A stretch of DNA of 64,000 bases from an uncultured Oligoflexus sp. (GCA_964236955.1 CAXSGP010000002.1:24038-88037); one strand, 5' to 3'; shown: positions 30,065 to 41,314, counted from the first letter of the stretch. Notes: generated by a model not told the origin, from the letters alone. Numbers and translations: made by a program.

Positions 30065-30799
30065 TTATTGAATGTCAATGAATCGATTGAGGGACGTTCC
30101 GTTAAGGGTTCGCACATGCAGTAATCCTTCACCATGGAAGGCTTCGGGCAACCCACTGGTATATTCAAACGAATGATCGGCAGCCTGCGTATTACAGACA
30201 TCCGTGTCGACGATTTCAGCAATCGGCTGTACCACCATCACATCGGATGGACTGCGAATCGCCCGCACTTCTTTGATCACCATGCAGCCCACGAAGTAAA
30301 AGGGAAAATGTCCCTGCAATTTTAGCGATTGTTTGCCCGTATCAAAGTTAACATCAATGTAGGCATTTTCAACGGTGGCGTAGAGAAATTCATCCGGTGA
30401 TTCGGTCTTACGGCGATCTACTTTCAAGGCATTCGAAACGGCTTTATCGGCATCGTACACCACTCGGTAGCTGCCTTCTGCTACAAGACCGAGAGTCACT
30501 GGCTGGACGAAAGGCGTTATGGTTTGAATGCAAAACTGATCGGAGGTCCGCAGGGCCGTAGCAGAGACCGTTATCGTTCTTGTTAGAGGATCGAGCTCAG
30601 CGCTGACTTTGCCAATCTGATAGCAGCTATCTGGAAAATTGCCATGGACGATCACTTCCACGTTATCGTTATCATCGAAACCGTCGGGAATATAAATTTT
30701 ATCGACTGGAGCTGTGAATTCCTCAGGTTCCGCTGTTTGTGCGGAAAGATTGGAACCCAACGAAACAGTCATGCTTAGGACTAAAAATAAGGTCTTCAT
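30065..30799 (-). CDS. Exported hypothetical protein with two Cys-containing beta modules
   Basis: Signal peptide; APVDKIYIPDGFDDNDNVEV...G.FP.SCY; second similar G.FP....C module; GGAG SD. Confidence 0.8.
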   Translation of the reverse strand: MKTLFLVLSMTVSLGSNLSAQTAEPEEFTAPVDKIYIPDGFDDNDNVEVIVHGNFPDSCYQIGKVSAELDPLTRTITVSATALRTSDQFCIQTITPFVQPVTLGLVAEGSYRVVYDADKAVSNALKVDRRKTESPDEFLYATVENAYIDVNFDTGKQSLKLQGHFPFYFVGCMVIKEVRAIRSPSDVMVVQPIAEIVDTDVCNTQAADHSFEYTSGLPEAFHGEGLLHVRTLNGTSLNRFIDIQ

Positions 30800-30851
30800 A
30801 TATTCTCCAAGACTTCAGGCTGTAGAAATTTTTATTGACTGAGAACTATAA

Positions 30852-30867
30852 AGCAAAGAGCGTGCCA
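30852..30867 (-). promoter_or_regulatory. Sigma54 (-24/-12) promoter
   Basis: Minus strand TGGCAC-GCTCT-TTGCT, exact consensus, about 53 nt upstream of ATG 30799. Confidence 0.85.
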
Positions 30868-31187
30868 GAATTTGAAAGGCTGATTGATTCCCGTTTTCTC
30901 CTTCATTTGTCCCAGATAGACAATCGGCAGGCCGATCTCGGCGCTATCCGCCGACTTTTAAAATTCGCCGGGTACTTTTTAAAGGCGAATATTTATGGCG
31001 AGGGCTGATAAGTCAATAAAGAAAAATTCAACCTAATCCGGACGCTCTAAGCCTGCGAGGCTAAGCGGGGATAAGTCGGGCGCGAAGCTTCTAGACAACC
31101 CCCTTGAGCCAAATATTTTGCTTGCTTGGCCCTCCCATTTTAAATTGCGGGGCGGCTAGGGCGTCTGCACAAAAAATAGCAAGTCGT

Positions 31188-31225
31188 AAAAAAGGCTCCC
31201 TTACCTGAGGCGGTGAAGAAGCCTT
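31188..31225 (-). terminator. Probable terminator of the glmM-pdxJ-tsaE-ALDH-hydratase run
   Basis: Minus strand AAGGCTTCTT...AAGGGAGCCTTTTTT. Confidence 0.65.
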
Positions 31226-31250
31226 GCCTGATGCGTGCGCTTAAGGTCAA

Positions 31251-32102
31251 TCAAGGGATCAATAGGTGTGTTTTTTCAGGTAGTTGTAGCACCCATCCGG
31301 GCACCTGCTTTTGAAAGAAGGACTGCAATCCATGCTGCCCCATCTGACTCGCACGGATAGACGCGATGGCATCGGCCGTCAGCTCTTCATTCTGCACACC
31401 AAGGTCGAGTTCACCCCAAAGCTTTTTATAAGCCGCATGAGCCTCAGGGCTGGTCTGGAGCAAAGCATTGATTTCGGCCTTGAGCAGATTCTCCAGCTGG
31501 CCCTTAGCGCTCTGCGCGACCTCTTGCACCAGACCTATCTTTAAAAGCTGATCCGACGTAAGGATCTGCGACCCCATCACCATGCGATGCAAGGTGCCCG
31601 CTGGGATTTTTCTCTGCAGATAGGGCAGGATCACCGCTGGAATCAGGCCGATCTTCGCTTCGCTTAGGCAAACCTTGGCACTCTCGTCAGAGAAAGCGTA
31701 ATCACACGCCGCCAGCAAACCTACGGCGCCCCCAAAAACTGCACCCTTGATGATCGCAATGGTCGGAATCTTCAGAGAACTGAGGCTCTCAAACATCGCA
31801 CAGAGCTTCTTAGCTTCCATAAGGTTGCCTGGACGGTCCAAAAGCGCTGAAGCCTTCATCCAGTGCAGATCGGCTCCTGCCGAGAAATGCTTGCCCGACC
31901 CCTGAAGCATGAGAATACGCACCGATGGGTCGTTGCGCACCTCTTCTAAAAGTTCGGTCAATCGCACCAGAAGATCACCTGTAAAGGAATTGGCTGCCTC
32001 CTGCCGGTTCAAAACCAGGGTCGCGACCCGTGATTCTGAAAGTCGCCCGTCGGGTCCCACGAGCGGGACAAAATGCAAATAAGCAGCTAACGATTCGGCC
32101 AC
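31251..32102 (-). CDS. Enoyl-CoA hydratase/isomerase (methylglutaconyl-CoA hydratase-like)
   Basis: LNR....N.F, HFSAGADL.WM, GAVFGGAVGL.AACD, LSE.KIGLIPAVI.PY. Confidence 0.88.
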   Translation of the reverse strand: MAESLAAYLHFVPLVGPDGRLSESRVATLVLNRQEAANSFTGDLLVRLTELLEEVRNDPSVRILMLQGSGKHFSAGADLHWMKASALLDRPGNLMEAKKLCAMFESLSSLKIPTIAIIKGAVFGGAVGLLAACDYAFSDESAKVCLSEAKIGLIPAVILPYLQRKIPAGTLHRMVMGSQILTSDQLLKIGLVQEVAQSAKGQLENLLKAEINALLQTSPEAHAAYKKLWGELDLGVQNEELTADAIASIRASQMGQHGLQSFFQKQVPGWVLQLPEKTHLLIP

Positions 32103-32117
32103 AGCTCACCTCAATAT

Positions 32118-33662
32118 TCAGATATCGAATTTAATTCCTTGAGCCAAGGGCAGTTCGCGACTGTAGTTGATCGTATTAGTCTGCCGACGCATGTAAGCGC
32201 GCCAGGCGTCCGATCCCGATTCACGGCCTCCGCCCGTGTCTTTTTCCCCACCAAATGCTCCCCCAATCTCAGCGCCGGAAGTTCCGATGTTGACATTGGC
32301 GATACCGCAGTCTGATCCCGCAGCCGAAAGGAAGGTTTCCGCTTCGCGCAGATTCAAGGTAAAGATCGATGAACTCAGTCCTTGTTTTACATCATTCTGC
32401 ATGGCAATCGCATCCTCAACTTCGCCTTTATAGCGAAGCAGATAGAGGATAGGAGCAAAAGTCTCCTCACGCACGATCTCCATATCCGAACGTGCCTCAA
32501 CGATGGCCGGCGTCACATAACAGCCCGAGCTATAAGCGTCGCCCTTAAGGACTTCACCGCCAATGATAACTTTTCCACCCTGCTCATGGGCGGTAACCAG
32601 CGCCTTTTGCATAGAGGCGACGGCAGCCTGATCGATCAGGGGACCCACGTGATTGTTTTGATCGAGGGGGGAACCGATACGAAGGCCGCTGAAGGCCTTC
32701 ATCAGCATCGTCTTGACCTGTTCATAGATCGACTCATGAACGATGAGGCGACGCGTCGTCGTACAGCGTTGGCCACAGGTCCCGACCGCACCAAACACAA
32801 TGCCTGGGGCGGCGAGTTTCAGATCGGTATCGGGCGTAAGGATGATCGCATTGTTGCCACCCAGTTCCAAAATCGAGCGACCCAGGCGTCCGCCCACCAC
32901 TTCGCCCACTTTTTTGCCCATGCGGGTTGAACCCGTTGCTGAAATCAAGGGAATGCGCGTATCGGCCACCATCGGTTCGCCGACCGCCGCGACGTCACCG
33001 ATGATTAGGGTGAGTACGCCTTCAGGGATTTTATTCGCCTTTAAAACGTCCTGTATGATATGAAAACAGGCAAGCGCTGAGAGCGGGGTTTTCTCCGAAG
33101 GTTTCCAGATCGAGACGTCACCACACACCATGGCTATCATCGAGTTCCAGGACCAGACGGCCACTGGAAAGTTAAAAGCTGAAATAATACCGACCAGGCC
33201 GATCGGATGCCACTGCTCATACATACGGTGATTGGGTCGTTCAGAAAACATGGTCGAACCATACATCTGCCGCGAGAGACCGACGGAAAAGTCACAGATG
33301 TCAATCATCTCCTGAACCTCACCCAGACCCTCTTGCAAAGACTTTCCCATCTCGTAGGCGACGAGCTTGCCGAGAGCCAATTTTTTCTCGCGCAGTTTAT
33401 CGCCTATCTGCCTGACGACGTCGCCGCGTTTGGGAGCGGGGTTCTTGCGCCATTCGGCAAAGGCTTTTTGGGTGATACCGACGAGTTTTTCATAGTCCTC
33501 ACGGCTGGCCTTATAGACCGAACCGATGACTTTGCCATCAACCGGAGAATGCGATTGGTAAGCGCCGCTCGTTTTCGAACCAAACCATTCGGTGCCGGTG
33601 CAGACACCGAGACTTTGGCTGCTAAGGTTGAGTTCCTTAAGAAAATCAAGACTGATCGTCAT
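32118..33662 (-). CDS. Aldehyde dehydrogenase, ALDH7/antiquitin (piperideine-6-carboxylate dehydrogenase-like)
   Basis: ISAFNFPVAVWSWN, SATGST, LELGGNN, GT.GQRCT, GTSGAEIGGAFGGEK.TGGGRESGSD; alternative GTG start at 33689. Confidence 0.92.
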   Translation of the reverse strand: MTISLDFLKELNLSSQSLGVCTGTEWFGSKTSGAYQSHSPVDGKVIGSVYKASREDYEKLVGITQKAFAEWRKNPAPKRGDVVRQIGDKLREKKLALGKLVAYEMGKSLQEGLGEVQEMIDICDFSVGLSRQMYGSTMFSERPNHRMYEQWHPIGLVGIISAFNFPVAVWSWNSMIAMVCGDVSIWKPSEKTPLSALACFHIIQDVLKANKIPEGVLTLIIGDVAAVGEPMVADTRIPLISATGSTRMGKKVGEVVGGRLGRSILELGGNNAIILTPDTDLKLAAPGIVFGAVGTCGQRCTTTRRLIVHESIYEQVKTMLMKAFSGLRIGSPLDQNNHVGPLIDQAAVASMQKALVTAHEQGGKVIIGGEVLKGDAYSSGCYVTPAIVEARSDMEIVREETFAPILYLLRYKGEVEDAIAMQNDVKQGLSSSIFTLNLREAETFLSAAGSDCGIANVNIGTSGAEIGGAFGGEKDTGGGRESGSDAWRAYMRRQTNTINYSRELPLAQGIKFDI

Positions 33663-33681
33663 ATATTGCCCTTTCTCGGCT

Positions 33682-34122
33682 TTAGTCACAGACAGCGAAT
33701 GAGTAGCTGCGTTGATCTAAATTTATGGTTTCGATAAAAATCTTATGGGTGGGCGGCAGCATTTGCGCCTCGCCTGCCTGCTCGGGCCATTCGACAAATA
33801 TCCCCTTAAAGGGCCGGATATCGTGAACACCCAGCTCATCGAGCGAGAATCCTGGCCCGGCGCGATAAAGATCGAGATGCGCGTACCAATCCATGCCAAG
33901 GCGGTATTCATTCATAATCGTATAGGTCGGCGATACCACCGGTGTTGCTTCGGAAAGACCAAGGCTATAGAGATAGGCGCGCACCAGACTTGTCTTGCCT
34001 GCCCCCATATCCCCACAGAGCCAAAGCGTGTAGGACGATCGTGATTCCAGCTCCTGCTTGAGCCGGGCCAAAAGACCCCCATCGGCCTCGCCACAGATTA
34101 GCTTATTGGTGATGATACGCAT
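33682..34122 (-). CDS. tsaE: t6A biosynthesis ATPase TsaE
   Basis: GDMGAGKT, V.SPTYTI...Y, HLDLYR, VEWPE. Confidence 0.94.
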   Translation of the reverse strand: MRIITNKLICGEADGGLLARLKQELESRSSYTLWLCGDMGAGKTSLVRAYLYSLGLSEATPVVSPTYTIMNEYRLGMDWYAHLDLYRAGPGFSLDELGVHDIRPFKGIFVEWPEQAGEAQMLPPTHKIFIETINLDQRSYSFAVCD

Positions 34123-34877
34123 GACAGCCGTCCTTGGTAGGGGCGATGAATGGGATTATTGATTAGAGCCTTCATCTCATCTACCGCCTGCGGCAGACCG
34201 ACGAAGAGCGCCCGGGCGATGATCGCATGACCGATATTGGCTTCCTCGCATTGCGGCAGGACTTGCATCCAGGCGGCATTGACATAATTAAGGCCATGGC
34301 CGACATGGACCTGAAGCCCTAGCTCATGTCCCAATCGTGCCGCCTCCTGCATGCCTCTCACAAGCAGCCAGGCCTCGGCCGTGGTTCGCAACTTTTGCAA
34401 GTCCGTACAAAAATGTCCGGTGTGAATCTCGATGGCCTGCGCCCCCATCTTAGCCGCCATGGCAATCGCCTTGGGATCGGCTTCGATAAAAAGGGATACG
34501 AGGATCCCCCTGTCCCTGAGGCGGCGAATATCACGTTCGAGCTTTCTTACGTCTTCGCTGAGATCGAGCCCGCCCTCGGTCGTCAGCTCCTGTCGTTTTT
34601 CAGGCACCAACGTCACGGCATGGGGGACGATATCGCAAGCATAAGCAACCATTTCCTCGGTCGCACCGATCTCAAAGTTAAGGGGAATCTGTATCGTGTC
34701 CCTGAGCAGCCGCACATCCGCATCGCGAATATGCCGTCTATCTTCCCGCAGATGACAGGTAATATTATCGGCGCCGCCGAGTTCCGCCATCACCGCCGCC
34801 TGAACCGGACTGGGATAAGTTTCGCCGCGTGCATTTCTAACCGTAGCCACATGATCGATATTTACACCAAGGCGCAT
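34098..34877 (-). CDS. pdxJ: Pyridoxine 5'-phosphate synthase
   Basis: LGVNIDHVATVRNAR, HLREDRRHI, LVPEKRQELTTEGGLD, GHGLNY, NIGHAII. Confidence 0.97.
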   Translation of the reverse strand: MRLGVNIDHVATVRNARGETYPSPVQAAVMAELGGADNITCHLREDRRHIRDADVRLLRDTIQIPLNFEIGATEEMVAYACDIVPHAVTLVPEKRQELTTEGGLDLSEDVRKLERDIRRLRDRGILVSLFIEADPKAIAMAAKMGAQAIEIHTGHFCTDLQKLRTTAEAWLLVRGMQEAARLGHELGLQVHVGHGLNYVNAAWMQVLPQCEEANIGHAIIARALFVGLPQAVDEMKALINNPIHRPYQGRLSCVSSPIS

Positions 34878-34895
34878 GCCGTGGCCTCCTTTTCT

Positions 34896-36248
34896 TTACA
34901 GTTTCTGAGCGCGCTCAAGAGCGTTGATGATTGCACCGGCCATGCCCTCAATTTGCGCATGGTCTTCGCCTTCAAGCATGACCCGTGCGAGATTTTCCGT
35001 TCCCGAATAACGCACGAGGACACGCCCGCGTTGACCAAGCTTTTGTTCGGCGTCGACGATGAGCCTGTGAACTTCAGGCAGACTTTCAAAGGGCTGCTTG
35101 TGCAGCACATGAATATTTTTAAGAACCTGCGGAAAGAGCTCCATGCAGCCCTTGAGTTGACTGAGGGATTTTTGTTTCACGAGCATGATTTCCAAAAGAT
35201 GGAGTGCGGCCAGGATCCCGTCGCCAGTCGTCGAGCAGTCGGCAAAGACCAGATGGCCCGATTGCTCGCCGCCAAGGTTATAGCCACCCCGCCGCATCTC
35301 ATCGACCACGTAGCGGTCGCCGACTTTGGTACGGGCAAGCTTGATACCCATCTTTTGCATAGCCATTTCCAGGCCCATATTGCTCATAACTGTCGATACC
35401 ACGGTCGCCTTTTTAAGCTTGCCCTCGCGGTGCATATGCTCAGCGCAGATCGCCAGAATTTGATCGCCATCGACGATTTCCCCCTGATTATCCACGACGA
35501 TCAGACGGTCCGCATCGCCATCAAGAGCGATACCGATATCGGCCTTATAGAGACGAACCTTCTCGATGAGGTTCTGCGGGTGCAGGGCGCCGCAGCGGTA
35601 GTTGATGTTTTTGCCGTCGGGCGTGTTGCCGAGGATAAAGAGCTCGGCACCCAGTTCGGCAAAGACCTTCGGCGCTACTTTATAAGCCGCCCCATTTGCA
35701 CAATCGACCACAATGCGCAGGCCATCGAGGGCAAGGTGCTTTGGAAATTGCTCTTTGAGAAAGACCGCGTACTGGCCGACGGCGTCGTCGATTCGCTTGG
35801 CACTGCCGATGCTCATGCCCGTCGGCAGATCGCTCTGCAGAGCCACGTCGTCGACCATATCCTCAAGCTTGTTCTCGATGTCGTCGGGGAGCTTATAGCC
35901 GTTGTCAGAAAAAATCTTAATGCCATTGTCATCAAAAGGATTGTGTGAGGCGGAGATGACGATACCCGCACAGGCCCGCATGCCGCGCGTAAGGTAAGCG
36001 ATACCGGGAGTCGGCAAGGGGCCCAGATACTGAACATTGACGCCGACACTGCATATACCAGCCGAAAGCGCTTGCTCGAGCATATAGCCGCTGCGCCTTG
36101 TATCTTTTCCGATTAGAATTTTGGGATGCGGGTAGGCGGTGCGAAAATGGATGCCAATAGCCTGGCCTAAACGAAGGACAAAGTCTGGCGACATGGGAGA
36201 GACGTTTGCTTTCCCACGGATACCATCAGTGCCAAAATATTTACCCAC
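34896..36248 (-). CDS. glmM: Phosphoglucosamine mutase
   Basis: YFGTDGIRG, ISASHNP, DGDADR, GGEQSGH, RYSGTE. Confidence 0.98.
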   Translation of the reverse strand: MGKYFGTDGIRGKANVSPMSPDFVLRLGQAIGIHFRTAYPHPKILIGKDTRRSGYMLEQALSAGICSVGVNVQYLGPLPTPGIAYLTRGMRACAGIVISASHNPFDDNGIKIFSDNGYKLPDDIENKLEDMVDDVALQSDLPTGMSIGSAKRIDDAVGQYAVFLKEQFPKHLALDGLRIVVDCANGAAYKVAPKVFAELGAELFILGNTPDGKNINYRCGALHPQNLIEKVRLYKADIGIALDGDADRLIVVDNQGEIVDGDQILAICAEHMHREGKLKKATVVSTVMSNMGLEMAMQKMGIKLARTKVGDRYVVDEMRRGGYNLGGEQSGHLVFADCSTTGDGILAALHLLEIMLVKQKSLSQLKGCMELFPQVLKNIHVLHKQPFESLPEVHRLIVDAEQKLGQRGRVLVRYSGTENLARVMLEGEDHAQIEGMAGAIINALERAQKL

Positions 36249-36357
36249 TCTAGTTACCTCTTTACCTTTGGAAACCTTGCCTAAAAAAGCTTGAGAACTC
36301 TTAGACTAGCTGATTTCCAGGGGAGGCAAAAGACTTTTCCATGCACCAAAAAATGGG

Positions 36358-37290
36358 TTAATCGCCCTGAATCGTAACATTCCCTTTCTCTGGAAAAGTC
36401 TCGATCAACACCGTCTCGGCCGGGATTTTGACTTTAATATCCTCTTCGTAGCGGCCTGGCCCCAGACTTCTTACCTCGATAAACGCCTTGAAGTCCGAAC
36501 GCTGCAGGCTATTTAGAACGTTTGGCACGCCCTGAACGAGTATGGAAACAAATTGTGGGCTGATTTTGGTACGCCGCTGAGCCCCGACAATCTCCACCGG
36601 GATATTGGAAAAGCGCTTGTTGACCTTGCTGTTACCGACCTGTAGCGAGACCTTCACCGTCTCAAGGGAGAGCGCTTCCGAACCCAGCCCGGGCGAGATC
36701 AGGCGGCCATCGAGCGTCTTGCTTTGGGCCAGACCGCTGACGTCGAGGGGCTCGGTATAGATTGTGCGCAAATCCATGACATCTTTCCTGATCCCTTTGA
36801 CCGTCACAAACTTTGGCTCTATCGCGACCTTTTCTACGGTGAATCCATCGGCTGGAGCACCGTGCAGGGTTTCCTTGATGGGAAGGGAGCGCTCCATGAG
36901 TTTATCCACGTAGAGCACGAGATTGGGTTCGTGAATGATGAGTTCCAGACGCTCATTGAGATTTTTTACATCATCTTTGCTTAGGCGCACGCGATGCTCT
37001 CCGACTTTACCGGGCGGCACAAAAACTTCCGCAGTCAATCGCTTGGGAACTTCCAGTAGCCAGGCCTGGGGCCCACGGATCGTCGCCGCTTTGATACGCA
37101 GAAGTTCGCCGCGGACCCCGTATTCCGGCGAGACATGGATTTCGACCAGGATCTCCCTATTCACTTCCTGAATCTGTTCACCCTGGATGATAGCCCACAC
37201 CACAACGGCCAGGAGTATGGCCAGGAGCTTATAGCCAAAATTATGGAAGAAAAGATTAAAAATGCTGCGGAGCAGACGTCGCATGCTCAT
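36358..37290 (-). CDS. cdaR: CdaR/YbbR-domain protein
   Basis: KLLAILLAVVVW TM followed by YbbR-like repeats; ATGA overlap with the cdaA stop; between cdaA and glmM. Confidence 0.88.
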   Translation of the reverse strand: MSMRRLLRSIFNLFFHNFGYKLLAILLAVVVWAIIQGEQIQEVNREILVEIHVSPEYGVRGELLRIKAATIRGPQAWLLEVPKRLTAEVFVPPGKVGEHRVRLSKDDVKNLNERLELIIHEPNLVLYVDKLMERSLPIKETLHGAPADGFTVEKVAIEPKFVTVKGIRKDVMDLRTIYTEPLDVSGLAQSKTLDGRLISPGLGSEALSLETVKVSLQVGNSKVNKRFSNIPVEIVGAQRRTKISPQFVSILVQGVPNVLNSLQRSDFKAFIEVRSLGPGRYEEDIKVKIPAETVLIETFPEKGNVTIQGD

Positions 37291-38129
37291 TCTCCCTTCG
37301 ATCGAAAGAGGAGTCGATCGAGCCAATTGACCCTCTTCGGCAGACCAACCGTGGTTTCACCGGGATCACTTTGGTCGGTGCTGAGCAGCTGGGTCAAAGC
37401 CTTGCGCAGATCCTTGGCATCGGCCTTACGAACGACGATGCCGTCGACGGCAATCGAAACCGCCGAGGTTTCTTCCGATACGACGACCGAGATCGCATCG
37501 GTTTCTTCACTGATGCCGATCGCCGCACGATGCCGGGTCCCAAAGTTCGGGTCGACATCTTCATCCCGTGTCAGCGGTAGAAAACAACCCGCAGCTGCGA
37601 TGCGGCCCTGTTGGATGACGATCGCACCATCATGGATAGGCGCGGTCGGATGAAAAATTGCCAAGAGCAACTCCTTGCTGACCTTGGCGTCGAGTATGAT
37701 TCCAACATCGACATAGCGGGTTAGCAGGATATTTCTCTCGATAATGATAAGCGCTCCAATTTTCTTCGAAGAAAGAGCGGCGCAGGCGCGCGCGATTTCA
37801 TCCAGCATTTGTTTGGAGGAGACCTGCTCCTGAGTGGGAAAAACGGTTTTTTTACCCATGCGGCTCAGCATGCGGCGGATGTCTTCCTGAAAGAGAATGA
37901 CGATAATGATAATGATGGAGGAGTAGAATTTGTCCATCAACCATTTGAGGGTCGTCAGGGGATAGATCTGCGAAATAAAAAAAGCGAAACCAACCGTCAT
38001 GAGTATACCAAGGACCATCTGCATGGCCCGCGTGCCGCGAATCAAAAGCAGGAGCTGGTAGATGATGACAGCAATGATACCTATGTCAACCAGGGCCCAG
38101 TAGCCAATCTTATGGTAAAGCTCTGACAT
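37287..38129 (-). CDS. cdaA: Diadenylate cyclase CdaA (DacA)
   Basis: N-terminal TMs, ILFQEDIRR, HDGA and GTRHRAA catalytic motifs, VVSEET. Confidence 0.95.
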   Translation of the reverse strand: MSELYHKIGYWALVDIGIIAVIIYQLLLLIRGTRAMQMVLGILMTVGFAFFISQIYPLTTLKWLMDKFYSSIIIIIVILFQEDIRRMLSRMGKKTVFPTQEQVSSKQMLDEIARACAALSSKKIGALIIIERNILLTRYVDVGIILDAKVSKELLLAIFHPTAPIHDGAIVIQQGRIAAAGCFLPLTRDEDVDPNFGTRHRAAIGISEETDAISVVVSEETSAVSIAVDGIVVRKADAKDLRKALTQLLSTDQSDPGETTVGLPKRVNWLDRLLFRSKGE

Positions 38130-38327
38130 CTTGCCCTATCCTCGCATGCGCAGCTTGATGGTAATGGGGTGTTCCTTAAGGGCCTTTTCGGCCTATCGAT
38201 AGCAACGCAGGGTATGCAGCTCTGCTAAGTTTAGCATGGGTCCGGCTGATTTCTTAAGCCAAGCTTCAGCACAGCAGGAGATTGAAGGCACTCACTCCAG
38301 CAACCCTGCCCTAAATCAAAAAAAGAT

Positions 38328-39140
38328 CTACGCCTCGGGCAGGAGAAGCTCCTTCATTCGACGCAGATGCTTTACGTTATGGGTGCGGATGACTTTTACT
38401 CCGGCAAAAAGAAACGAGAGTTCGAGCATCTTGGACGGTGCATCCCGCGCCAGAGGATCCTCAATATCAAGCAGTCGTCCGATAAAAGACTTTCTGGAAA
38501 TTCCCAGGGCAATGGGGGTGCTTGCCGCTCGCCGCATGGCATCCCCTATTAAATATAGATTAGCCTGATCGTTTTTGCCAAAGCCGATTCCCGGGTCCAG
38601 CCATATTTTATCACGTTTAAAGCCAAGTTTGATGAGGCGGGTCTGAGTAGACGAGTAAAATTCCTCGCTGGCAACCTTGGCCTCTTCCAAGCCCAAAGGC
38701 TCCAGCTGCATGGTTTTAGGAGCCTTGTGCCTATGCATGGGAAGATAGCAGCGGCCGGCTTGGGCCCACTTTATAAGCAACTCATCATCGACTTGCCGCG
38801 CTCCTTGAATGTCGTTGATTATATCAACTTTTTGATCGAGAAGCCGCCGCATGATCTCAGGTTTTTGCGTATCGACACTCACGCAAACGCTGGGCATATC
38901 CTTTTCGAGCTGCTTGAGAACGGGCAGGAGTCGGCGCCATTCTTCTTCAAGTGGGACCTCCCCGGCATCGGGCCTTGAGGATTCAGCCCCAAGATCGATG
39001 ATGTCGGCACCCTCGAGGATAAGGGCTTCAATCTGCTTCAAAGCGAAGTCGGGCGCGAAAAAACGACCCCCGTCCGAAAAGGAGTCGGGGGTCACATTTA
39101 TTATTCCCATGATCAAACTATCGGACAAAGCACTCCTCAA
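38328..39140 (-). CDS. folP: Dihydropteroate synthase
   Basis: [48 protein letters not shown]. Confidence 0.96.
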   Translation of the reverse strand: MRSALSDSLIMGIINVTPDSFSDGGRFFAPDFALKQIEALILEGADIIDLGAESSRPDAGEVPLEEEWRRLLPVLKQLEKDMPSVCVSVDTQKPEIMRRLLDQKVDIINDIQGARQVDDELLIKWAQAGRCYLPMHRHKAPKTMQLEPLGLEEAKVASEEFYSSTQTRLIKLGFKRDKIWLDPGIGFGKNDQANLYLIGDAMRRAASTPIALGISRKSFIGRLLDIEDPLARDAPSKMLELSFLFAGVKVIRTHNVKHLRRMKELLLPEA

Positions 39141-41089
39141 GTTCCCGCGAGGATAGGATCGATGCCGAGAGTGTTGGTTTCTGCGGCACGTATCGGCTTG
39201 GTGACGAGACGACGAGCTTCTTTTTCACGTTCCAGACGTTCTTTATATTTGTCTCTTTCATCCGGACTGATCAACTCTTGGCCCGCAAGAATTGCCTCGA
39301 TGTCCTTGGCCTCAAGAGTTTCGCGGATAAGGAGCGCATCGGCCATCGCGTCGAGTTCTTTGCGTTTGTCGCGAAGGATATGCACTGCGGTGTCATAGCC
39401 TGTCGTGACCAGCATACGAACTTCCGCATCGATTTCTTCAAGCACCTTCTCAGAGAACGACTCTTTACTACCAAACTCACGGCCCATAAAGACTTCATGA
39501 TCGGGAGCACCCCAGGCCACCGGACCCAGAGTCTTGCTCATGCCCCAGCTCGTTACCATCTTCCGGGCGATATCGGTGGCTTTTTGAATATCATTGCCAG
39601 CACCGGTTGTGGTCAGACCAAAAACAATCTCCTCAGCAGCCCGTCCGCCCATCGCATAGGCGATGATACCTTGAGCGTACTCTTTGGACATCGACAGGCG
39701 ATCTTCTGTCGGCAAAAGGATCGTAACGCCAAGGGCATGGCCGCGGGGAATGATCGTGATTTTATGCACAGGATCGGTGCCGGGAATGAGTTTGGCGACG
39801 ATACAGTGCCCGGCTTCGTGGTATGCGGTGTTGCGCTTTTCCGCTTCGCCGATGATCATACTTTTGCGTTCCGGACCCATCATGACCTTGTCTTTAGCCG
39901 ATTCGAAATGCGTCATGTTGATGATTTTAGCATCGTTACGAGCGGCAAGAAGAGCAGCTTCATTGACCAGGTTAGCAAGGTCAGCACCTGAAAATCCCGA
40001 GGTACCCTGCGCCAGAATATCAAGATCGACATCGCCGGCCATGGGTGTTTTGCGGGTATGAACCTTAAGGATGCCACGACGACCACGGACATCAGGCTTT
40101 GGCACATAGACTCGACGGTCAAAACGACCTGGACGAAGAAGGGCTGGATCCAAAACGTCGGCACGGTTGGTGGCGGCGATAAGGATGACGCCTTCGTTGG
40201 TCTCAAAACCATCCATCTCCACAAGGAGCTGGTTAAGGGTTTGCTCGCGCTCGTCATGGCCACCGCCCAGTCCAGCACCTCTCTGGCGACCGACTGCATC
40301 GATTTCATCGATAAAGATAATACAGGGGGCTTGTTTCTTGGCTTGTTCAAAAAGGTCACGAACCCGGCTGGCACCAACCCCTACAAACATTTCTACGAAG
40401 TCGGAACCGGAGATTGAGAAGAAGGGCACCCCGGCCTCACCAGCGATAGCTTTGGCGAGGATCGTTTTGCCAGTTCCGGGAGGTCCAACCAGCAAAACCC
40501 CTTTAGGGATCTTGCCGCCAAGACGCGTGAATTTTTTGGGGTCTTTCAGGAAATCGACGATTTCTTCAAGTTCGCCCTTGGCTTCTTCGATACCGGCGAC
40601 GTCTTCGAAAGTCAGTTTAACCTGATTTTCGTTGAGTAACTTCGCCCGGCTCTTGCCAAACGACATAGCCTTGCCACCACCCACCTGCAGCTGGCGCATG
40701 AGAAAGAAGAGAAAAAGGACGATGATAAAGATGGGCACCAATTGGACCAGGATCGATTTCCAATTGCTCTGGCCTTCGGCATCCGAATTCTCGAATTTTG
40801 TACTGACTTTCTTTTCTTCAAGCTTGGCAAGCAAGGGCGCTTGATTCTGTGGACCTACCGCATGAAAGATGGAACCGTCTTTTTTAGCCACAATGATTTC
40901 ATTGGAGCCTCGAAAGGTAATTTGGTTGACTTGGTCTTGATCGACCGCACTTACCACATCAGAATAATTGAGGACTTTATCCTCTTCACGATGTGGCGAC
41001 ATCATATTGAACATCACGAACAGAAGGAGCAAACCAGCAATAACGAGCGTGAACTTCATCTGCTGGTTCGGCTTTTTAACCTTCGACAT
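39137..41089 (-). CDS. ftsH: ATP-dependent metalloprotease FtsH
   Basis: Two TMs, [29 protein letters not shown]. Confidence 0.98.
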   Translation of the reverse strand: MSKVKKPNQQMKFTLVIAGLLLLFVMFNMMSPHREEDKVLNYSDVVSAVDQDQVNQITFRGSNEIIVAKKDGSIFHAVGPQNQAPLLAKLEEKKVSTKFENSDAEGQSNWKSILVQLVPIFIIVLFLFFLMRQLQVGGGKAMSFGKSRAKLLNENQVKLTFEDVAGIEEAKGELEEIVDFLKDPKKFTRLGGKIPKGVLLVGPPGTGKTILAKAIAGEAGVPFFSISGSDFVEMFVGVGASRVRDLFEQAKKQAPCIIFIDEIDAVGRQRGAGLGGGHDEREQTLNQLLVEMDGFETNEGVILIAATNRADVLDPALLRPGRFDRRVYVPKPDVRGRRGILKVHTRKTPMAGDVDLDILAQGTSGFSGADLANLVNEAALLAARNDAKIINMTHFESAKDKVMMGPERKSMIIGEAEKRNTAYHEAGHCIVAKLIPGTDPVHKITIIPRGHALGVTILLPTEDRLSMSKEYAQGIIAYAMGGRAAEEIVFGLTTTGAGNDIQKATDIARKMVTSWGMSKTLGPVAWGAPDHEVFMGREFGSKESFSEKVLEEIDAEVRMLVTTGYDTAVHILRDKRKELDAMADALLIRETLEAKDIEAILAGQELISPDERDKYKERLEREKEARRLVTKPIRAAETNTLGIDPILAGT

Positions 41090-41314
41090 AGATCTGGCTC
41101 TCCTCGATAAGAATCATCACCACAGCATCTGCACAAGTATTGCACCGATGATTCGGTATTGTACCTGTTTTTGCATGCTGATTGTTAAAATGGTACTAAA
41201 AAACTTAAGGCCTAAAACAACTTTTTCATGGCGAAAATGGCTCCTCTTTGCGTAAAAGCACATCTTTTTTTGCAATTCAGGCTCACCTTTTCCACTGCCA
41301 GGACTCACGAAGGC

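Noticed and set aside
34326..35948. 540-aa + strand ORF and other long antisense ORFs (16658-17674, 48899-49957, 23914-24735)
   Set aside because: Shadow frames opposite well-conserved genes (glmM/pdxJ, yeaH, the activator, glyA/nrdR), with no recognisable motifs.
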